A stretch of 63,432 nucleotides of DNA, filler included, from Octopus bimaculoides (taxonomy: Eukaryota): the NCBI RefSeq assembly GCF_001194135.2. It is 8 parts of 8 records of this genome, joined end to end, with 100 filler letters (N's around TTAATTAATTAA, not from the genome) between each part and the next. Parts side by side here need not be neighbours in the genome. Positions count along the whole stretch, not along the records: positions 53,478 to 56,775 come from NC_069003.1; positions 56,876 to 59,703 come from NW_026379850.1; positions 59,804 to 62,072 come from NC_068989.1; positions 62,173 to 63,432 come from NC_068990.1; 4 more parts are not named here. The stretch is one strand, 5' to 3'. Both the position numbers and the translations under genes were made by a program. This document shows, piece by piece, positions 54,146 to 63,432 of the stretch (positions are counted from its first letter, which is position 1; every line of letters begins with the position of its first letter). Under the pieces are notes generated by a model. That model did no database searches, was not told the DNA's origin, and saw only the letters and a program-made list of their open reading frames with translations.

Positions 54146-54504
54146 CTGAAATTGAGAGTCAAATGTATGTATGTATGTATGTATGTCATTGTTTAGTTTT
54201 ATGTCAAGATTTCTTGCCAATAGAGAAAGAACCGTTTTCTAACCAAGATTCCAAGGCTCCTTCATTGGAATTTCAACATCAACAACAGGGTATTTTTGTA
54301 TTTATGTATCTATATTCGTACGTACGTTCGTATGTATGTATGTATGTATGTATGTATGTATGTATGTATGTATGTATGTATGTACTAACGTTTCTGACAG
54401 CTCGCCGCCTTTGTTGGGGGTAATATTAACGTGGATGTAGAGCGACCTCCGTATTCTTTCAGCTGAAACAAAATGACACGATACTGAAGTAAGGGAGATA
54501 AGTT

Positions 54505-54641
54505 TTCAGTTCCCGTCTACCAAATCCACTCACAAGGGTTTGGTCGGCCCATGGCTACAGTAGAAGACACTTGCCCAAGCGGACTCGAAATGGAACTGAA
54601 CACAGAACCACGTGGTCGGTAAGCAAGCTTCTTACCACAGT
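54505..54641 (-). mobile_element. SINE family A in the intron between FAS1 exons
   Basis: CCGTCTACCAAATCCACTCACAAGG...GACACTTGCCCAAG. Confidence 0.8.
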
Positions 54642-54925
54642 CAGATATAAACAATTATTTCAAAATTCATAAGTATTTGCTTTGTCAACCACGAACAATC
54701 CAGCTCTGAGCGATGCAGACTTATCAAGAAGTGGTCTTAAAACCGTCTTAATTCTATCCTGATATTTTATACCTAAGACTCGAATACCTCGTCATTTTTG
54801 TTGTTGTTGTTGTTCGTTTTGTTTTTTGGTTTTTGTTTTGCTTATGCTTTACTCATGTCGGATGGCAGTTCTCATGACTCGTCTCAGGTAAACCGAATAT
54901 ATAAGGTATAAGGCGTGATAATTAC

Positions 54926-55123
54926 CTTTGACGGATTGTAATAGGTGTTAACGCGAATGGTAGACTTGAGTGGACTGGCAGTTGTGATGACGTCATCATT
55001 ACTCATCATGTTGGTCTTTACCAAACCGGGTACGACGTGGTACAGCAGGGTGTCGGTTATGTCTTCCATGTTCTTGTCAGCATGAGACTTAGAAAAGATT
55101 ATGACGTTCTTCAACAACATCTC
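54926..55123 (-). CDS. TGFBI: Internal exon of TGFBI/periostin-like gene, FAS1 domain middle part (EMLLKNVIIF...DTLLYHVVPGLVKTNMMSNDDVITTASPLKSTIRVNTYYNPSK)
   Basis: Acceptor tttatAG|GAG, donor AAG|GTAATT; 198 nt, phase 0 to 0. Contains the FAS1 'LLYHVV' motif and splices in frame to exon 53995-54145. Confidence 0.9.
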
Positions 55124-55175
55124 CTATAAATAGATAACAACATGGATTAATTAGATGTAACGAGAATATGAGATT

Positions 55176-55238
<63 letters not shown>

Positions 55239-55803
55239 NNNNNNNNNNNNNNNNNNNNNNNNNNNNNNNNNNNNNNNNNNNNNNNNNNNNNNNNNNNNNN
55301 NNNNNNNNNNNNNNNNNNNNNNNNNNNNNNNNNNNNNNNNNNNNNNNNNNNNNNNNNNNNNNNNNNNNNNNNNNNNNNNNNNNNNNNNNNNNNNNNNNNN
55401 NNNNNNNNNNNNNNNNNNNNNNNNNNNNNNNNNNNNNNNNNNNNNNNNNNNNNNNNNNNNNNNNNNNNNNNNNNNNNNNNNNNNNNNNNNNNNNNNNNNN
55501 NNNNNNNNNNNNNNNNNNNNNNNNNNNNNNNNNNNNNNNNNNNNNNNNNNNNNNNNNNNNNNNNNNNNNNNNNNNNNNNNNNNNNNNNNNNNNNNNNNNN
55601 NNNNNNNNNNNNNNNNNNNNNNNNNNNNNNNNNNNNNNNNNNNNNNNNNNNNNNNNNNNNNNNNNNNNNNNNNNNNNNNNNNNNNNNNNNNNNNNNNNNN
55701 NNNNNNNNNNNNNNNNNNNNNNNNNNNNNNNNNNNNNNNNNNNNNNNNNNNNNNNNNNNNNNNNNNNNNNNNNNNNNNNNNNNGTATAAGGCGTGATAAT
55801 TAC

Positions 55804-56001
55804 CTTTGACGGATTGTAATAGGTGTTAACGCGAATGGTAGACTTGAGTGGACTGGCAGTTGTGATGACGTCATCATTACTCATCATGTTGGTCTTTACC
55901 AAACCGGGTACGACGTGGTACAGCAGGGTGTCGGTTATGTCTTCCATGTTCTTGTCAGCATGAGACTTAGAAAAGATTATGACGTTCTTCAACAACATCT
56001 C
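55804..56001 (-). CDS. TGFBI: Identical second copy of the FAS1 exon at 54926-55123, probably a haplotype/assembly duplicate
   Basis: 54906-55238 and 55784-56100 read identically, including intron flanks, apart from (AG)n length, and they flank an N gap. Confidence 0.5.
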
Positions 56002-56053
56002 CTATAAATAGATAACAACATGGATTAATTAGATGTAACGAGAATATGAGATT

Positions 56054-56103
<50 letters not shown>

Positions 56104-56387
56104 GCCAGGTAGGTTATCACACTGCCAATAAATACCTGTCTGTCTGTCTGTCTGTCTGTCTGCATGTATTTTTGTATGTCTGTCTGTCTGTCTATTTGTC
56201 CATCTATCTATGTATCTGAATGTATGTCTGTCTGTATGTCTGTCTATGTATGTATGTATGCATCTATCTATCTATCTAATCTATGTATCTATCTATCTCT
56301 CTACCTATCTGTCGACAGACAGATAGGTAGACCTGTCTATCTACCTGTCTATCTGTCTGTCTTTCTGTCTGTCTGTCTATCTATCTC

Positions 56388-56542
56388 TTTTACTTGTTTC
56401 AGTCAATTGACTGCGGCCATGCTAGAACACTGCCTTTAGTCGAGCAAATCGACCCCAGGACTTATTCTTTGTAAGCCTAGTAGTATTCTATCGGTCCCGA
56501 ACCGCTAGATTACGGGGACGTAAACACACTAGCATCGGTTGT
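56388..56542 (-). mobile_element. SINE family A 3' module, about 10 nt from the EMI exon donor
   Basis: TGACTGCGGCCATGC...GGGGACGTAAACACAC...CATCGGTTG. Confidence 0.8.
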
Positions 56543-56552
56543 ATATACAAAC

Positions 56553-56647
56553 CTATGGGGCATCCAAAATCGCCAATTTTCCTGGAGTAACCAGGACAGC
56601 ATTCCATGATTTCCAGCTCCTCCATTTTTTCGGCATCTTCAATAATT
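56553..56647 (-). CDS. TGFBI: Internal exon of TGFBI/periostin-like gene; end of Cys-rich EMI region (IIEDAEKMEELEIMECCPGYSRKIGDFGCPI)
   Basis: Translated by hand; too short for the ORF track. Strong acceptor ccttctttcttctctcactctAG, donor AG|GTTTGT; 95 nt, phase 2 to 1. ECCPGY-x6-GCP matches the YECCPGY-x6-GCP motif of TGFBI/periostin. The symbol marks family membership; TGFBI versus POSTN orthology cannot be resolved here. Confidence 0.85.
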
Positions 56648-56875
56648 CTAGAGTGAGAGAAGAAAGAAGGAATATTACAGACAAATTCGTGTTAGCAATC
56701 TAGCAGTTATTAGGCGAAAGCACATTTATATATACATACATATATATATATATATTTCTTCTTGTTTTTGCCTTTNNNNNNNNNNNNNNNNNNNNNNNNN
56801 NNNNNNNNNNNNNNNNNNNTTAATTAATTAANNNNNNNNNNNNNNNNNNNNNNNNNNNNNNNNNNNNNNNNNNNN

Positions 56876-58060
56876 GTGGGGAATAGTGGTGGGGATTTAT
56901 GGTGGTGGTTGTGGGGTTGTGGGGACGACAGTGCTGATAGGGGTAGCAGGGTAATGATGATGATGGTGGTGTTGGTGGTGGTGGTGGTATTAGTGGTGAT
57001 GGTGGTAGTGATTATGATTATGATGGTGGTGGTGGTAGTGATGGTAGTAGTAGTGGTCACAATGTTAAAGACGTCCCAACGGTGACCGTCCCGTCTATCA
57101 CTATATAATTGTCCATTGTGTTCTTGCCTGTTTTTATGGCACCAGAATGTGATTTGAGGTGAATTTAGCTGTTGTTTTTAGAAGGTCGATCAACCACTCA
57201 GTGGCAGTATTGGTGGTTGCGGTTGTAGTAGCTGTAGGTAGTGGAGGCAATTGTGGTTTTTGTGGTGTCGGCGGTGGTTGCCAGTGGTTGCGGTGGTGTG
57301 TTGGAGGTAGTTTTAGCGGTCGTGTTGGATGCAGTGATCGTAGTAGTATTGTCATGGAAGAGATTGTTGTGGCTGCGGTGGTAGTGGTGCCAGTTGTATT
57401 GATTGTGGTAGCAGTGGTTGCAATGATAGTGGTTGTGGTTGTTGCTGTAGTGGTGTTTGTAGCAGCTACGGTTGTAGTGTTTGTAATGACTGTTGTGTTT
57501 GAGCTTATAGTGATTATGGAGGTGGTAGTGTTGGGTATAGTATGGGCGGTAGTTGTAGTGGTTAAAGCCGACGTAGTGGTTGCAGAGATCGCGATGACTC
57601 TAGTGACAGCGGTGATGATGATGCTGAGGGCTGTGGTGGTTGTAGTGCTTATGGTGGTGATGTAGTGGTGATGGTGATGGTGGTGGTGGTGGTGGTGGTT
57701 GTAATGATAGCTATGATGATGATGATGGCGGTAGCTGCAGTGGTGATTTAAAAGTGGTGATACGCAGTTGGCGGTGGTTGCAGTGACTGGGGTAGTTGTG
57801 GTGGTAGAGGTGAAATATTAGCAGCAGTTGTAGTACTGTAGTGGTTGTGGTCGATGCAGTGGTTGCCGAGACTGCGACGGTTGTGGTGACAGTGGTGATG
57901 GTTGCGGTGGTGATTTCGTTTCTGTGGTGGAAGTGGTTTTCGCGTTGGGTTTTCTCGCAGTGGTAATGGCAGAATAACTTTGGTTAGACGAGTAGTAGTA
58001 GTGATGGTAGAGGTGCTAGTCGGTGTGGTGGTGGTGGTTGTGGTGGCGTTAGTGTGTGTG
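56876..58060. repeat. Decayed (GTG/GTA/GTT)n low-complexity tract
   Basis: Direct reading; frames are interrupted and there are no convincing splice sites. Confidence 0.8.
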
Positions 58061-58392
58061 TGTGTGTGTATGTGTGTGGTTTTTGCGGCAGTAGGGTAGG
58101 AGAGAAGAAGGGACTTATGGATGTCTTTCCTGACAGCGTGTGCCCGGTTTAGAGGTTAGGGGTAAGAGGGTGTATGTTTGTACGCGTGTGCATGATGAAT
58201 GGATGTATGTGGGGGGTATGTGACTGGGTATATTTAGGAGAGGGGGGGGTGTAATGTGGTGTATGTGTGTGTGTGTGTGTGTGTATGTGTGTGTGTGTAA
58301 TAGCTTGTACAAATGTGGTTTTAAGACGATCAGATATGTATACACACATGGAATTATACATATATGCATACATCTAATACATAGGCATACAC

Positions 58393-58440
<48 letters not shown>

Positions 58441-58859
58441 GCATATATATGAGAGGGGCTGCGATGCGCGTCTGTGTGTGTGTGTGTATACGTGTGTGCG
58501 TGTATGTAATAGCGTGTGCAAGTGTGGTTTTAAAATATGGACATCAGATGTGTATACACATGAAAACATGCATATAATACACACACACATATACACATAC
58601 ACACATGTATGTGTATATGTATGTAAATATACATGCATGCTAATATAGATGTATATACAAATACATATGGACACATATCGACATAAAATACATACATACA
58701 TACATACATACATACATACGTAGATGCATGCATACAAAAAAAAAACATTACAAATTTATATGCATATTGGGACCATATTGGGCAGCTTATATCAACCCCA
58801 ATACATGTATTATATGTGTGTGTGTGTGTGTGTGTACACATTTATACGTGTGTAGTTGC

Positions 58860-58902
<43 letters not shown>

Positions 58903-59655
58903 TGCGTTTGAGCTCTTGGAGTAACTTAAACATACAAATAGTTCGCTACGAGTTGGAAATGTAAGAAGGAAGAATGAAATTAAAAATAACGGAAAATCAA
59001 AACTTGTAAACTTAACGTATTTACTTTATATTTCAATATTTCGAGTTTGAAATCTCTTTTCAAGAAAATAATAAAGAAAAAAAGAAAAAGAAAACGGCGA
59101 TGGGTTAATATATTTGAAACGTGTGTTTGTGTGTGAAGATGTGAAAGGTTGTTTTGTTTTATTTTAATTCTTTTTCTCAGTCGTTCATTTCCAACTTTTG
59201 GTTCGAGTTAGAAAACAATTGTATTGATTTCCACACGTTTCATTTCAAATACGCTACACTTAATTATATATATGTGTATGTATGTATGCATCTATCTATC
59301 TATCTATCTATGTATATATATATACATATAGACCACAAAAGTGACAGCGGGTACAGGCTAGCAGAGTTTAACCCTCTGTCACTTTTGTGACCTCTATTAA
59401 GTTTGCCTTTACGTTCTAACTGCTAATAAGCCACCCTTTTATATATATATATATATATATATTAGAAGATATGTGTGTGTGTGTGTATTGCAACCATAGA
59501 TAGACGCATATGTGTGTATGTATGTTTGTGTATATGTGTATGCATGTATGTATGTATTTCTGTGTGTGTGCTGCGTGCGTTTGATTATGTGTGTATATTT
59601 TTGCATGGCGCGCGCGCGTACTTGTAGGTGTGTGTGTTGTGACAGAGTGTGTGTA

Positions 59656-59703
<48 letters not shown>

Positions 59704-60051
59704 NNNNNNNNNNNNNNNNNNNNNNNNNNNNNNNNNNNNNNNNNNNNTTAATTAATTAANNNNNNNNNNNNNNNNNNNNNNNNNNNNNNNNNNNNNNNNN
59801 NNNGAAATACCCCTAAGCATTTCGCCCGGCGCGCTAACGATTCTGCCAGCTCGCCGCCCTACACGCGCACATATATTCCCACTCCGCCATACACACACAT
59901 GCAAGCACATACACACCCGCCCACTAACACACTTTTCACCTCCTTCGACTGAATCCAACACCCGCCACTGACCTACTCGGTGACTGACGCAAGCACAAAC
60001 ACACACGCACACAGATACTACCACACACACACACACACACACACACATACT

Positions 60052-60107
<56 letters not shown>

Positions 60108-61317
60108 TAAATGTATCTTTTACTTGTTTGAATCATTGGAGTGCGGCCATGCTGAAGCACCATCTTAAAGGGGTTTAGTCGAACGAATCAACCCCAGTAC
60201 ACATTTTATTTTCCTTTAAGTCTGGTAACTTATTCTAAAGCTTTCTTAAGCCAGACCGAGACTGGTTGTCAAGCGAGGGTACAAACACATGAATAAATAT
60301 GTTCTTACATACATACATACTTGTAGTGGGGGAGGGCGTATGTGCATGCGCACGTGTGCGACGGGATTCTTTCATTTTCTGTCTATCAGATCCACTCATA
60401 AGACTTTGATCGTCCCGGGGCTATAACGAAAAAAACATGTGCAGGGTGCCACGCGGTGGACCTGAACTCCAGAACTGTGTGTTGAAACAACCTCTCACCA
60501 CACAGCCACGGCTTTGTATATACCCACATACACACACATACATACATACATACATACATACATACATACATACATACATGCATGCATACATACATTCATA
60601 TATACATATGTATATACATATATATNNNNNNNNNNNNNNNNNNNNNNNNNNNNNNNNNNNNNNNNNNNNNNNNNNNNNNNNNNNNNNNNNNNNNNNNNNN
60701 NNNNNNNNNNNNNNNNNNNNNNNNNNNNNNNNNNNNNNNNNNNNNNNNNNNNNNNNNNNNNNNNNNNNNNNNNNNNNNNNNNNNNNNNNNNNNNNNNNNN
60801 NNNNNNNNNNNNNNNNNNNNNNNNNNNNNNNNNNNNNNNNNNNNNNNNNNNNNNNNNNNNNNNNNNNNNNNNNNNNNNNNNNNNNNNNNNNNNNNNNNNN
60901 NNNNNNNNNNNNNNNNNNNNNNNNNNNNNNNNNNNNNNNNNNNNNNNNNNNNNNNNNNNNNNNNNNNNNNNNNNNNNNNNNNNNNNNNNNNNNNNNNNNN
61001 NNNNNNNNNNNNNNNNNNNNNNNNNNNNNNNNNNNNNNNNNNNNNNNNNNNNNNNNNNNNNNNNNNNNNNNNNNNNNNNNNNNNNNNNNNNNNNNNNNNN
61101 NNNNNNNNNNNNNNNNNNNNNNNNNNNNNNNNNNNNNNNNNNNNNNNNNNNNNNNNNNNNNNNNNNNNNNNNNNNNNNNNNNNNNNNNNNNNNNNNNNNN
61201 NNNNNNNNNNNNNNNNNNNNNNNNNNNNNNNNNNNNNNNNNNNNNNNNNNNNNNNNNNNNNNNNNNNNNNNNNNNNNNNNNNNNNNNNNNNNNNNNNNNN
61301 NNNNNNNNNNNNNNNNN

Positions 61318-61372
<55 letters not shown>

Positions 61373-61865
61373 CAAACACACACACACACACACATACATA
61401 TATCTTTCTATCTATATATATACCGAGCAAATATTCAGGAGTGAATATTTACATACATACTAGCTGACCTCGTGCTGTCAAAAATGGCGGCTAATTGTAG
61501 TATTTCATATAAAAATAAGGTACAAAATAATCACAGATACAAACTTTCACATGGCTCCCTTTTACATATACACACATATACTCACGCAGAATTGAGACGC
61601 TGTTTGATATTTTTCGCCGTTGAATTTCCATCATCCCACTACCAAGTTTGCTATCACCCCTTCCTTCCTTATTCATATATCACTCCTTCCTCTCATTCAT
61701 ATGCTATGACGGAGAAATACACAAGAGTATTATTATAGTAGATTCTTCTTGCTATTATTATCTGTCTAGCAGGCAGGCACATTTGTGTGCCCTTATCATA
61801 TGTATCTATACACACATACACGCACACACACATACAATTATCTTTTTTTTTATCTTTTTATCTTT

Positions 61866-62070
61866 TTACTTGTTTCAGTCATTTGATTGCGGCCATGCTG
61901 TAGCACCGCCTTCAGTCGAGCAAATCGACCCCAGGACTTATTCTTTATAAGCCCAGTACTTATTTTATCGGTCACTTTTGCCGAACCGCTAAGTTACAGG
62001 GACGTAAACACACCAGCATCGGTTGTCAAGCGATGTTAGAGGGACAAACACGGACACACAAACATATATA
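61866..62070 (-). mobile_element. SINE family A, 3' module
   Basis: Matches the 3' half of 10094-10506; further partial copies at 60120-60290 and 60362-60510. Confidence 0.8.
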
Positions 62071-62979
62071 TANNNNNNNNNNNNNNNNNNNNNNNNNNNN
62101 NNNNNNNNNNNNNNNNTTAATTAATTAANNNNNNNNNNNNNNNNNNNNNNNNNNNNNNNNNNNNNNNNNNNNAAAAACACATAAGTATGTGTGTCTGCGC
62201 ATATGCATACGTATACATGCATTTATATACAAACACACACGCATATATTTGTATGTATGCATCCATATATATTTATAAATATATACACATATAGATATAC
62301 ATACACATACAAATACGCACTCACACACATAGATACGTGTACGCATATATGTGAGTGTATACCTATATACTTACACACGTACACATACGATGATATATAT
62401 ATACACACACATAGCTACAGGTACGCTCACAATCTTTAAAATTGTTTTTTAGTCTTAATTTGGAATAAAATTAATCAGGAAACAGTTGTTGACACTTACA
62501 AAATGAAATACAAACTTCTAACTTTGTCGAATCAGGAAAATTGAATTCCGAAATATATTCACTTACCTAAAAAAAATACAAAAAGAAACAAGTTTAGTAC
62601 AAATGTTGTAACACCGAAAATGTCTGTCGAAGAGATAATTTAAGATGCAAAACTACATTTACTTATTAACGGAAACTTTTATTTTTTATATTTTTTTTTT
62701 GTATTCATTTATTTCTTTTGTAAAGTTAAAAATATAAAAACGAAGGAACAAATTACTTAATATATAAATAGGAAATGTTTGTTAATTTTGTGAATGCGTC
62801 TATGTTAAAAGAACGCTGAAACGTAAAGGCTTACATCAATATTATCATAAACTCTGTGGACATGGTTGTCTCTCATCCTACAACGCTTAAGACTGGTTAC
62901 CTGTTTTCCATGGTGCATAAGTGACCGAGATTAAAACATTCCACCAAGATACGACATCAGTCACAGTGTTCTTTTTTTA

Positions 62980-63359
62980 ATTTGTTTCAGTGATTTGACT
63001 GCGGCCATGCTGGAGCACCGCCTTTAGTCGAGCAAATCGATCTCAGGACTTATTCTTTTGTAAGCCTAGTACTTATTCTATCGGTCTCTCTTGCCGAATC
63101 GTTAAGTTACGGGGACATAAACACACCAGCATCGGTTGCCAAGTGATGTTGGGGGAACAAACACACACACACAAACATATACATACGTATATATACGACG
63201 GGCTTCTTTCAGTTTCCGTCTACCAAATCCACTCACAAGGCTTTGGTCGGCCCGAGGCTATAGTAGAATACACGTGCCCAAGGAGTCACGCAGTGGTACC
63301 GAACCCGGAACCATGCGGTAGGTTAGCAAGCTGCTTACCACACAGCCACTCCTGCGCCT
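62980..63359 (-). mobile_element. SINE family A, full bipartite copy
   Basis: Near-complete reverse complement of 10094-10506. Confidence 0.85.
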
Positions 63360-63372
63360 ATATATACATATA

Positions 63373-63422
<50 letters not shown>

Positions 63423-63432
63423 TATACATACA

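Noticed and set aside
56876-58060. Thr/Val-rich mucin-like ORFs
   Set aside because: Decayed trinucleotide repeat with frame breaks and no flanking splice signals.
58270-58610. Old ~225-bp tandem duplication within microsatellites
   Set aside because: Ordinary local duplication in simple-repeat DNA with no functional signal.
61586-61638. Possible upstream EMI exon (WDDGNSTAKNIKQRLNS, phase 0 to 2, donor GTGAGT)
   Set aside because: The phase fits, but the acceptor has no pyrimidine tract and the peptide lacks the cysteines expected in the EMI domain.

Overview
Repeat-rich animal genomic DNA from a gappy short-read scaffold. The SINE families, extreme microsatellite load and N44-TTAATTAATTAA-N44 gap linkers suggest a coleoid cephalopod, probably Octopus; the species call is inference. 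The only well-supported protein-coding gene is a minus-strand TGFBI/periostin-family (EMI + fasciclin/FAS1) gene. Three exons with canonical splice sites are visible: 56553-56647 (ECCPGY...GCP), 54926-55123 (LLYHVVPG; identical second copy at 55804-56001 across a gap) and 53995-54145 (VVTANC...NGVVHIVEKLL). The exon needed to join the first two in frame is absent from contiguous sequence, and no downstream FAS1 exons were found. The rest is decayed Tc1/mariner transposons of several subfamilies, a LINE 3' end, many tRNA-derived SINEs, probable Penelope-like element ends, an LTR-like segment and simple repeats. Almost all ORF-track entries are microsatellite or N artefacts. The best leads are three minimal hammerhead-ribozyme motifs on the + strand (two antisense to the inferred gene span), a candidate recursive splice site at 62566/62567, a 64-bp minisatellite built from a retroelement tail, multimeric and inverted SINE clusters that could be ADAR substrates, and the missing FAS1 exon. 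I see no strong evidence for a wholly new biological system.
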